Part shown: piece by piece, positions 47,990-60,010 of the stretch
Position numbering within the stretch: position 1 is the first letter of the stretch
Layout: each line of letters opens with the position of its first letter
Assembly (NCBI GenBank): GCA_013265495.1
Contig: MU057887.1
Span: 2,203,576-2,267,575 of the forward strand
Direction of reading: 5' to 3'
Length of the DNA stretch: 64,000 nt
Source: Vicugna vicugna
Lineage: Eukaryota
Made by a program: the position numbers and the translations under genes
The notes under the pieces: generated by a model
Database searches by the model: none
Seen by the model: the letters and a program-made list of their open reading frames with translations, nothing else
What the model was told of the DNA's origin: nothing

Positions 47990-50440
47990 TTTACTTTAAA
48001 TAATAATAGTATATATTCAAGGTGCACAGTCGGATGCTTCGATGCGCACGTGCCTAGAGAAATGACTGCCGCAGTCAAGCAGATTAACGTGTCCCCTCTT
48101 CACGTGGCTACCGTCTTGCACGTGTGCTGGGAACACCGGAAGCCTCCTGTCGTAGCAGATTTCCACATCATCACAGTCTCGGTGACTGTGGTTGTCGTGC
48201 TCTGTGCCAGCTCCGCGGGCTTAGTGCTCCCCCATCCCTGAGACTTGACACCCTTGGCCGTCTCCCCGGCTCCATCCCCCGGCCCCGGCAACCCCTGTTC
48301 TACCCTCTGTTCTGAGCATCCGGCTGTCGTAGCTTCTACACTATGCAAGGGAGACCGTGCAGGCCTTTTCTTTCTGTGTCTGGCTTATTTCACTTGGCAC
48401 AATATCCTCCAGGGTCGTCGGTGTTGTTGCAAATGGCAGGATCTCCTTTTCTGAAGCTGATGGAGATACATGTGTGACAATTGCATGGATAAAGGGAAAA
48501 TATATTTGTTTTAATATATGTATTTTAATATCCACCCGTCACTGGACACTTAGATTGTTTCCATATATATCTTGGCCCCTGAGAATAATGCGACAACAAA
48601 CATGGGAGAAAAGATATCTTTTCAAGGAACTAATTCCACGTCCTTCGGGTGTGTACCCAGAAGAGGGGTCGCTGGTTCATATGGTAGTTCTATTTTTCAC
48701 TTTCTGAGGAGCTTCTGTACCGTTTTACATGGTGGCTGTGCCATTTACATTCCCATCCACAGCGCACAAGTGTTCCCTTTCTCCACACCCTCGCTGCTGC
48801 TGCTCCCTTTCGGTAACAGCCATTCTGACAGGTGTGAGGTGCTGGCTCTCGGCTTTGATCTGCGTTTCCCTGATGGTTAGTGATGTTAACGCCTTTTCTT
48901 ATAACTGTTGGCCAACAGCACATCTTCTTTAGAAGCACATCTGTTCAGGTTCCTTGCCCAGCTTTTAATTGGGTGGGTTTTTTTTGCAGTTGAGCTGTAT
49001 GAGCGCCTTTTCATTTTGTCGATTGGTTTTGCTCAGAAGGCTTTAAATTCGAGGCAGCCCCACTTGTTGTTTTTGTTTTTCTTGCCTGAACTTTTGGTGC
49101 CATATCCAGAAACTTCGTTGCCAGGCCCATGTCAAGGGGCTTTCCCCCTGTTTTCCTCTAGGAGTTTTATGGTTTCAGGTCCTATGCTTAAGTCTGTAAT
49201 TCACTGTGAGTTAATTTCTGTGTATAGTGTAAGGGTCCAACGAATTTCATTCTTTTGCAGGTGGACATCCAGTTTTCCCAACACAAGTTATTGAAGGCTA
49301 TCCTTCCCCCTTTGTGTATTCTTGACAAGTTTGTTGAAAGGTAGTTGGCTGTTTATGGTTGGGTTTATTTCGGGGCCCTCCATTCTGCACCGGTGGCCTG
49401 TGTGTCTGTTGTGCTGGTACCACGTCCTGTTGATGACTGTGGCTCAGTGCCATGATCTGAGACCAGGAGGTGTGAGGTCTCTGTTCCTCTTTCTCAGGGT
49501 TGCTTTGGCTGTATGGGATCTTCTGTGGTTCCACATGACTTCTAGAATTGTTTTCCGTGAATTCATATTTCTGTGAAAAATGCCATTAAAGTTTTGATAA
49601 TTATTGCATTGAATCTGTATATTACCTTGCGTGTATGGCCATTTTAACAACATTAATTCTTCCAACCCATGAACATATCCTTCCACGTATCTTCTTTAAT
49701 TTCTTTAATCGATGCTTTGTACTGTACAGATCTTTTACCTCCTTGGTTAAATTTAATCTTTTTTGTATTCTTTGTGTTGTATTCTTTCTGATGCTATGAT
49801 AAATGGGGTTTATTTCTTGATTTCCTTTTCAGATAAATCATTGTCGGTGTAAAACACACAACTGAATTCTGCATGTTGACATTTGTCCTGCAACTTTACT
49901 GAATTTGTTTACTAGTTCTAACAGTTTTTTTTAAAAAATAGAGTCTTTAGTGTTTTCTACATATAGATTCAAAACAAATTCAGTAACACATCAAAAAGAT
50001 TATACACTGTGACCAAGAGGGATTTAATCCCTTGGATGTAAGATTGGTTTAACACACCCAAATCCACAGCCGTGATACCCTGCATTTATAGTGAATGATA
50101 ACAATCACATGATCAACTCAATCAATGCAGAAGCATTTGGCACAGTTCAACATCCATTCACGATAAAGACTCCCAAAAAAGGATATGAAAGGAAATTTCC
50201 TCAACACAATAAAGATCATTTATGAAAAGCCCACGTCTAATCTGATCTAATCTAATGGTAGAAGCTGAAAGCTTTGCCTCTGAGATCAGGTACAAGGCAA
50301 GAACGCCCACTTCAGTACGTCTATTTCACATAGTACCTAAGTTTCAGCAAAAGCAATCAGACAAGAAAAAGAAATTAAAAGCATCCAAATCAAAAAGAAG
50401 CAGTAAAGTAGATGTTTGCAGTTGACAAGATTCTATATAG
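47990..50440 (-). mobile_element. L1MA/MB-type element with 5' inversion (antisense 47990-49969; sense 49970-50440)
   Basis: The antisense 3' part ends at the reverse complement of ctatatgtagaaaacactaaagac. The sense part runs from the QIQQHIKKIIH-like sequence to the FADDMILY-like tgtttgcagttgacaagattctatatag. Confidence 0.8.
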
Positions 50441-50444
50441 ACAA

Positions 50445-53350
50445 CAGAATATTTCAAATATTAAAAAAGGGGGTCTCCATGTGGCAGTAGTGAGAACTGG
50501 GCAGGGGAGGGGAGAATGTCAAAACACACTACACGTCTTGTTTTCTTCAATGGAAGGATATAACTATATTTTAAAATAACCTTTAGAAAAAGTGAGTTAA
50601 AAGATCAACGGTTTCTGACTGACTCTTGGTCAAGTGGATGTCCAAAGTTTTTAAAAAGGAGGAAAATATTAAGAATTCCTTTGCATATTACTCAAAAGTT
50701 AACTCCAGTTAGGTTATGGTCTAAATTTACAAGTTAAAAATATAAACCTTTCAGAATAAACATAGGAAAATAACTCTGAGTAGACAAAGAGTTGAGGGTA
50801 TTTAAAAAGGTATATTTAAAACAAAATATTCAAATGAAAAATATATCCAGGCAAATCTATATCGTTAAAAAATATAAAGTGGGTTTGTCAATAGTAGTGT
50901 CTGACAAGGAAGAATTCAAGGCAAAGATCATAGAAATTTAGCAAAACTGTTCCATTTCTTTAATTAAAAACAGGAAATTGAAAAGTGACAAGGACATTCA
51001 ACTCAATCAGTTGGCAGAATAAACATTAGTCTGAACACACACTTACACATACCTGCCTCTAATCAAAACAAAATCCAGAAGAAGAAATTACAGAGTTCAA
51101 AGCATAAATAAAATGTTAAAAAAACCAGTGGAGGTCAACAAAACCAAAAGAAATTTGTTTGAAAAGATTGAGGCAGACAAAACTTTGGGAATGGTGATCA
51201 GTTAAAAAAATAGAAATCACAAAATACTAACATAAAACATCTCCTAGGTACAGTGGAGTTTAAAAATATAAGAGAGCACTGTCTTAAAAACAATTCTGTG
51301 TCCATAAATTTAATATCTATGTTGAAATGGAAATTTTATAGAAAACTATAAAGTGCCAAAATTTATTAGTGGAGAAAAAATTCCAGAAAAGATCTTATAA
51401 CCGGTTTATAAATTGCAGCTTGACTCGGAATTCTTTCCGTTACTTCTTTTCTCCACCAAGGCACCAGGAAAGGGGATTTGGAAGGTGAATTTTCCCAGGA
51501 CCCTAAAGGAACAAATCGTTTCTTTCCTGTAAGAGGGAAAAAGGTGATGAAATTTCCCAATTCTTTCTGTAAGACTGAAAGGTCCTTGACACCAAAATTG
51601 GGCAAAGACGACAGAAAAAGTGAAATTATAGGCTGATTTCTCTTGTGCAAATACATGTAAAAGTCCTGCGTAGAACGCAGCCAATTGAATTCACCAGGAT
51701 TTAAAAATGAATGTACATGGCCAGGGAGTGTTTCTCCCAAGCTCATTTCAGGAATACAGTGGTTTTCATAACATTAGAAATGAAAGCTATTAAGGTAGTT
51801 TATCACATTAATAAATGAATGAAGAAAAGTACGAATCATCGCAATTCGCAAAGAAGCAGCACTTCATACTGTAACTCAGTATAGTTACAATAGTTACAAC
51901 AAATAAGCAAGCAGACAAATGCGCAGCGACGTGAATATCTCACTGTTCCAGCAGGTCAAAACAAGAGGAGAACCCTGAACCTAAAGCAGCGTTTCTGCGC
52001 AGCCATCCAAATCGCCCATCCTTGGTGGGCCTGCAGAGCGCTTGCCCTCAGAGACAGGAATCTTCCCGCCCGACGCTGTCCGGGGGGAGGGGCTCAGAGC
52101 AGCCGGTGGGTTACAAACGCCAAGGAGGACGGAGGCAAGTTGTCGCCATTCGCAGAGCAGGTGCGGGTTTATACAGAGTGTGTAACTGGGAGACTCTGCA
52201 GAACAGACTCTTAGGAGTGGCAAGTAAAGTCCTGGGGGCTGAGAGGCCCCGCCCGTCTCTGGCGACGCAGAAGCGGTCAGCGCGGCGGTGAGCCCTGTGT
52301 GTCGGCTTGGCGGGGCGAGGGGTCCGCAGAGAGCTGGCGGACGGGGTCCTGGGTGTGTGAGCGAAGGAGTTCCCGGGGGGGTGGCATCTGCAGCAGAGGG
52401 TCCCCGTCCCCACGGGGGGCTGCCGTCGTCCCGTCCCCTGAGGGCTGGAGGGGAGCAAAGGTGCGGGAGGGCGAACTCCCGCTCTCCCTTCTTGGGCCGG
52501 GACCCCGGCTCCTTCTGCCCCCGGACGCTGGCGCTCCGGGCCCCCCCGGCTCTCAGACGGGGGCTGGAGCTGCAGCCCGGCTTTCCCGGGTCCCCAGCGG
52601 GGGGCGTGCGGACTGTGGTGCTCCCCAGCCTCCGCAGCCCCGTGGCCTGCTTCTGACAGTAAAGCTCCTCTTGTGTGCATCTGCATGCATCCTTCTGGTT
52701 CTGCTTCTCTGGAGAACCTGCCTCGTGCAGTTAGAAGCCGTGGGAATCATAAAGCCGTGAGAACTATGTTACTTAGTAACCAACCTACCAAGATTAATGA
52801 GGCCGCTTTGAGGAAAATAATGAACTTCCATTGAAAAACCTAAAGAAGAACAAAATAAATTCTAGACATATGCTAGGTTCCTCAGGGGCTGTTCCTAATA
52901 TCTTAAAGGTGACAGTTCTCCCCAAATGGAAATCTACGTTCGGCGACGCCCAAACTTACTACAAAGATTTTTGCATCGGGTGACAAATAGACACTAAAAT
53001 TTGAACAGAAAAGAAATGACTAAAAGAATAACAAAAGGACAATGTAAAGGAAGAAAGATCAGGACGAGGCAGACGGTTCCGTGACCATCAGTGTGTACTA
53101 AAAAGTTGTAGGGAACAAACGGCGTGGAATTGACGCAGGCGGGGACGCGTAGACGACGTTGATCTGAGGGTCCTGCCTCAGACCCGCACGTAGAAGGAAG
53201 CACGCACAGGACAGGCGTGGAGCCACCACTTGGCTTTTCACGTGGAAAACAAGGGAGTCCCTGTGGCAGGAGAAGCTGCTCTGAGACACTGTGAAGTCGT
53301 GAGCAGCCCTGATTCACCCTGCGTGCTGCAGACACTGATGTAATTTGCCG
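50445..53350 (+). mobile_element. Diverged L1ME inter-ORF/ORF2 relic with GC-rich interruption (~51950-52740)
   Basis: A-rich L1 ORF2 blocks (caacaaaaccaaaagaaatttgtttgaaaagatt; cagttctccccaaat). Confidence 0.6.
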
Positions 53351-55249
53351 CAGGCGTGTTGAAATGCAGGTTGAGGGGGGCTCCCCCAAACCCAGCTGAG
53401 GACCTCCCATGGCACAGGGCAGAGGCGCCCTGTTCCCTTTCTAGAAGGTTCTGACCCTGCAATGCGTCTGGCCCGGGGCTCAGGGAAGAGATCATGGGCC
53501 CAGGCGAGGGGCTTCCCTGTTGGTGAACGGGTGATGCTGCTTCTTGCGTTCCCTGGGAGAGGCTCGCAGCCCCATCGCTCGCTTTCCATCGAAGAAACAG
53601 CTTCTGGACCTGTTTCGTCTGTGAGACGACGCAGCGCTGCACAGAGACTGGTCATCTTGGAGAAAGCAATGCTTCCCGTGGACCCTGGGGCTAAGGCACC
53701 TCCTTCACAGCCTACAGGGTTCCTTCCTTTGGGGGCCCATCCTGGGCAGGCGAGCGCTTCGTCTTCAGACACGGGCAGCGCTCTTTTCCCAGAAAAGGGC
53801 CACCACAGCCTTGGGCGGGGGACCAGGTCTAGAAAGTACCTGCCTGATGCTGGTCCCACTCTCCACGGCCCCGTCTCCCCGTGCCTGGGAGAGAATGCCC
53901 CCTCCCTGTCTTCTGGGGCCCTCATGGCTGCCCTGGCACTGCCTGGACTGTCTGGTCAGCACACAAAGTGCCGCTGACTTGCCAAAGAGAGCAGGCAGGA
54001 GTCACCTGGGCCCGTGACGGCACCTGGGCTGAGATGGGGTGGTTGGAGCGGGGAGGTATGGGAACCGCGGTGGTGAGTTTCAGGCCGAGGAGTTGCCCTC
54101 ACGTAGGGGGAATGCGGAGACTGGCGTGGACGGTTCTCACTGGTGGACAGTTGTGTGAGTGGCGATCCCAGCCAGGAGGAGGGTCTTGGAGAGGCAGCCG
54201 GAGCTGGGGTCCAGCCTGCCGTCCCCTCACCGACCCTACAGGCTGGTCCAGCAAAGCAAGTGTGACTGCCCACTGGCCCCACCTTTCCTAACTCCTGCCG
54301 TGGACGTGCCAGGGTGTGGGCTCCGTCTGGGCCACCAGGACTGGACGACGGGGACCCTGGGCCTGCTGCAGGACACCCTCTTGCTCCAGAGGGAGACGGC
54401 AGAGTCTAAGCCGAGGGAGCAGCATGCAGTGTTTGGGCAGGGTGACAAAGCTCAGTCCACATAGCCACAGAGATTGGGCCGCAGCCCCAGTTGCTCCCTG
54501 GAGGAGGCCCCGCCCCGTGGGAGGCCCTGATGGCGGCTGTACGCGCTGGGGCAGGTAGAGGCTAAAGTGGAGGAGAGCCCCCTTTGGAAAAATGCCCATG
54601 CGGCAGCAAGCAGTGGTCCCAAACACCTGCCCAGATGGGCCCCCACATGAGGTGGCACAGCCCTGCGGCGTCCCCCCGCGGGGGAGGGGCTCGTGAGGCC
54701 TCTGCAGCCCGCTGCCCCTCCCTGGAAGCCGCCCCGGCGGCCGGCTGGGCCGGGGGGAGGGGAGAGAGCGCTTGATTACTGCCCCGATCCCGTGATGCGC
54801 TGCTCCACGGTCGGCGCAGCGGGGAGAGGAGAGCGGCCAGGATCACACCGAGCTCAGCTCCCGGGGTGCAGGATATTAAATCAATCAAAGTAAATTAAAA
54901 GCTCTGGCCAGCTCTTGAACTCAGGGTTGAGTAGCAGCCCTTTCTTCTTATTCCAACTGCTTCCCGGGATGATGCCCAGCTTGCAGGGTCTGTGAGAGCT
55001 GGTGCTTTGAATTATTTAAAGATGAAGCAGGGCGAGGACACGGACAGGAAAGCATCCGACCACAGAGCTTCTGTGAAGGCTGCCCCTGCAGAGAGCCCCG
55101 GGGAGGGCAGTGTGTGTTGGGACGGTGTCCAGATGGACGTGCCTGTCACCGTGGTGGGGGGCCCCAGCTCAGGAGACCCTGCTCAGCGGCAAAGTGGCTG
55201 CTGCCTTTTGCCCGAGGAACCGGTCATCACTCCTTCCACTGAGACTCTG

Positions 55250-56130
55250 AGGCAGCCCTGTTCCAGGGGTGCAGGATGTGGTCAGAAGCTGTGGGTTCAA
55301 ATCCCAGACCCGCTCCCAGAAGCTGGGAGACACTGGTTTAACCCTCGGAGTACCTCCCTCCACTGTGAATGACATTCATATGTAGCAGCTCTCATGGGCC
55401 TTATCAAACCCCGGCACTATCCCAGGCTCTGTCCTCACAGGGGTTCATTCATCCCAAGCACATACGCTGAAGGCTTCCTGTGTTCCACGCCCTGAGGGTT
55501 ATAGCGGGAAAACATCCCTGCTGCCAGGGAAATTGCAATCTGGTGGCAGATCCAACGCAACCGTGTGGTTCCTCTGAAGGAAACAAGTGGGGGTGGGCAA
55601 TAAAATGTGAGATGGGATCACTGGGTGGGGCTGCTCAGAGAAGGTGGACGGAAGCTGAGACCCCTAGAACCAGGAGTTGATGGGATATTGAGCGGAGGAC
55701 CTGCATGCTCTGCAGAGAGAAAGGGATGCAGGCCCTGAGGTGGGCACCAGCTGGATGGGTTAGAGGCAGAGAGAGCAGGCTGTGATGGCTGGAGCCTAGG
55801 GAACGAGGATGTGAGTCATGAGAGAGGGGCAGATGGGGCACCCGGGGCAGGATGCCACAGGTCTTGTGGGTTGAGTGTGGATTGGTTTGTCTTAGGGTCC
55901 CTGCAAAACCAGGAGTGGGGGTTCAGCCAGCAGAGGCGGGATCTGCTCTGCATCGTCACAGGCCCTCTGGCCGCTGCTAGCACAAGTGATTGCTAGCTTC
56001 CACCCGTCCTGTTCTTGCCGCCTGCTCAGCTCTGCCAGCATGTGTCTAAGTGGCTCCTTCCTCGCCTTTCACACCTGCTTGATCAACCTTCCTGAAAGGC
56101 CATTTCTAACCAGCTCATTTAAAACTGAAG
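55250..56130. mobile_element. MIR and L2 fragments
   Basis: gggttcaaatcccagacc (MIR); ttcattcatcccaagcac...tgtgttcca (L2 antisense tail); ctccttcctcgcctttcacacctgc (L2 sense). Confidence 0.55.
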
Positions 56131-56134
56131 CACC

Positions 56135-59100
56135 TCTTTACCTAATGATAAATGGGTCAATTCTCCAAGAAGACTCAACAATCCTGACCGTGTATGCACC
56201 TAACAACACAGCATCAAAATGCATGAGGCAAAAAGTGATGGGATGCAATGAGAAACAGATGAACCCACACTTACAGCAGCAGACTCCAATGCCCCTCTCT
56301 TAGAAAGGGACAGATCCAACAGGCAGAAAGTGAGTAAGGACACAGCTGAGAACAGCAGCATCAGCCAACTGGGTATAATCGACATTTAGAGACGACTTCC
56401 TCCAGCAATGGCAGAACATACACTCCTCTCAGGCTCACATGGAGCACGCACAGAGATAAACCGCTCTTCCATGACACACATCTGAGCAAATTAAAAGAAA
56501 GTAAAAACCAAACAATGCCTGCTCTCAGATAATAATGGAATTAAACTGGAAATCAGTAACAGAAGGATGAGCCGGAAAATTCAAAACACAGCCAGAGATT
56601 AAACACTGCATTTCTAAATGGCACATTTGTACAGGCTGAAACTTCAAGAAAAATAAAAAAATATTTTCAACTAAGTGAGAATGAAAACTCAAACTTTCAT
56701 AATGTGTGGGATGCAGCAAAAGCAGTGATTGGAGGGAAATTTATAGTGTTGAATGCCTATGTTAAAAATGAAGAATGATTTAAAATTAATTATCTAAGCT
56801 TTCACCCTGGGAAATTAGAAAAAGAAGAGCAAATTAAATACAAAGTAAATGGTAAAACAATAATAACAATAACAAAAACCAATGAAATTGAAGACAGGAA
56901 ATCAACAGAGGAAATCAGCAAAACTGAAAGCTGATTCTTTGAAAAGATCAATAAAATCAAGAAGCATCTAGCCAGACTAAGGGAAAAAAAGAGAGATGAC
57001 ACAAATTATTAATATCAGAAATGAAAAGGGGGACATAACTATTGATCCTAAGGACATTGAAAGGACAATAAAAGAAGTTGTCTAAGAGCAACTTCATGCC
57101 CAAGTACTTGACAACCTGGATGAAATAGACCAGTTTCTTGAAAGACAAAATCCACCAAAACTCACACAAGAGAAACAGACAATCTGCATAGGCATGTATC
57201 TATTAGGGAAATTGGGTCAATAATTAGTGGCCTTCCATATGGAAAGCCCCAGGCCCAGATGGTTTCACTGGTGAATTCTATCAAACATTTGAGGAAGAAA
57301 TGATGCCAGTTCTCTACAACTTCTTTCAGAGGCTCAAAACAGAGCGACTATGTCTGAACTCACTCTGTGAGGGAAGCATTACCCTAATGCCAAAACCAAA
57401 GACATCACGAGAAGAGAAAACCACCAGCCAAAATATCTCGTGAACATAGGTGCAAGAATCCTTCACAAAATGCCAGCAGATGAAGTGCAACAGTGTGTCA
57501 AAAGCCTTATGCACTCTAACCAAGTGGGATTTGTCCCTGCTACGCAAGCCTGGTTCCACATTTGGAAACAATATGATCAATCACTTCAATAGGGTAAAAG
57601 AGAAAAATCACGTGATTATATCAACAGATGCAGAAAAAGCATTTGAAAAAATCCAACACTGATTTATGAGAAAAACTCCCAGTAAACTAGGAATAGAAGG
57701 GCACTTCAACTTGTTAAGAATTCTTAAAAAATCTACAGTTAACATCATGCTTAATGGTGAGAAAGTTGAAGATTTCCTACTAAGATCAGGAACAAGGCTA
57801 GACCGCCCCCTCTCACCACTCTTTTTCAATACTATACTGGAGGTTCTATCTAATGCAGTTGAGACAATTAAAGAAAATAAAAAGTACACAGATTGGGAAG
57901 GAAGAGAAAAAACTGCCTTTGTCTGCAGGTGACACATGTAGAAAATCTAAAATAATTGATCCCAAACTCCTGGAACTAATAAGCAGTTTTAACAAGGTTG
58001 CAGGATACAAGGTTATCATACAAAAATCAATCACTTTCCTATATACAAGCAATGGATAAGTGTAATTTGAAATAAAAAACACAATACCATCTACATTAGC
58101 ACTTCCTCCAAATAAAATACTTAGGTATAAATCTAATAAAATATGTAAATGATTTCTATGAGAAACACTACAAAGCTCTGATGAGTGAAATCAAAGAAGA
58201 ACTACATAAATGGAGACATAGTCCATGTTCATGGAAGACTCAATATTGTCAAAATGTAAGTTCTACCCAAGGTGATCTGTAGATTCAGTGCAACCCCAGT
58301 CAAAATCCCAGCAGGCTGTTTTGTGGACATCAGCAAAGTGATTCTAAAGTCTATGTGGAGGGGCCCAAGACCCAGAATATCCAGCACAGTATTGAAGGAG
58401 AGGGACAAGGTAGGAGGGCTGACTACCCACTTTCAAGACTTACTACATAGTTACAGTAATCAAGACAGTGTGGTGTTGCCAAAGAGGAATAGACAGAGGT
58501 CAAAGGAACTGAATCTAGAGCTCATAAATTAACACACAAACACAGTCAGCTGATCTCTGACAAAGCAGCCAAGGCAATGCGATGGAGCAGAGATGGCTTC
58601 TTCCACAAATGGTGCTGGGACAGCCAGTCATCCACATGCAGAAAAATAAATAAACCTCACACAGACCATACAACTTCCACAAAAGTTAACTCAAATGGGT
58701 CACAGACCTAAATGTCAAGTGTGAAACTGTAACGTTTCTAGAGGACAGCACTGGAGAAGGCCTAGAGGACCCTGTGTATGGTGGTGACTTTTTAGATACA
58801 ACACTGAAGTCACCGTCCATGAAAGAAAGAACTGATAAGCTGGATTTCATCAGAATTAAACATGTCTCTGCGACAGACAATGTGGAGAATGAGAAGAGAA
58901 GCCACTGACTGGGAGAAAATAATTGCAAAAGACAAATCTGATAAGGGACTGGTATCTGAAGTGTACAACAAACTCTTAGAATCCAACCCTAAGGAAATAA
59001 TCTGATAAAAAAAATGAGCAGAAGTTCTCACCAAAGAAAATATACAGACGACAAATAAGCATATGAAAAGAGTCTCTGCATCATGTATATTTAAGGAAAT

Positions 59101-60010
59101 ACAAATTAAAACAACGAGACACCACTACGTTCTTGGCTAAAATGTGCTAAAATGTGAACCACTGACAACACCAAATGCTGGCAAGGATGTGGAGCAACGG
59201 GAACTCTAGTTCGCTGCTGGTGGGGATGCAGAATGGTCCGGTCACTTTGAAAGACGGCTTGGCGGTTTCTCATGAACCTAAATATCCTCCTACACACGGT
59301 GCAGTGGCTGCGCTCCTTGGGGTCACGCAAAGGAGCTGAAGACTTACGTCCATTCAAAAACCTGCACGTGGATGTTTGTAGCGGCTTTATTCATAATTGA
59401 CAAGACTCAGAAGTAACCAAGGTGTCACTCAGGAGTTGAATAGATAAACTGTGGTACGTCCAGACAATGGAATACTGGTCAGTGCTTTAAGAAAATAAAG
59501 TTTTAAGCCACAAAAAGATATGCAAGAACCTTACACGCATACCAGCAAGTGGAGGAAGCCAGTCTGAAAAGGCTGCGTACTGTACGATCCCGACTCTCTG
59601 ACGTTCAGGAAAAGGCAGAACGATGGAGACCGTGGGGGCCAGGGGGCGGGGGAGGGGGGTGAGAGGAGGAGCACCGAGGGGCCTTAGGGCGGTGAAAGCG
59701 CTCCGTGATACTGTGCTGGTGGGGACACGTCATCGTGCGTCTGCCCAAGCCGCAGCACGCACCACCGCACGGGTGAGCCCTGACGGAAACTGCGGACTCT
59801 GGGTGGTGACGATGTGTCAGTGCGGGTTCATTTACTGTAACAAATGCACCACCTCCGTGAGGGATGAGCGTGTGAGCGTGTGTGTGTGTGCGTGCGCGTG
59901 CGAGCGCATGTGCGTGGGAACAGGGAATACACGGGAAATATCTGCACTGCTCACTCAGCTTTGCTGGGAGCCCAACGCTGCTGCAAAAAGTGAAGTCTGC
60001 CTAGAAGGAA
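56135..60010 (+). mobile_element. L1MC1/2-like ORF2 and 3' UTR (~3.9 kb), inserted within an L2
   Basis: Peptides GSILQEDSTILTVYAPNN, HVIISTDAEKAFEKIQH and LRSGTRLDRPLSPLFFNTILEVL; L1MC-type 3' UTR gatgtgtcagtgcgggttcatttactgtaacaaatgcaccac; L2 3' end resumes at ~60070-60260. Confidence 0.9.

Noticed and set aside
56135..60010. Possible active or domesticated L1 ORF2
   Set aside because: Fragmented by many stops and frameshifts; the longest frames with L1 ORF2 similarity are only ~100 aa.
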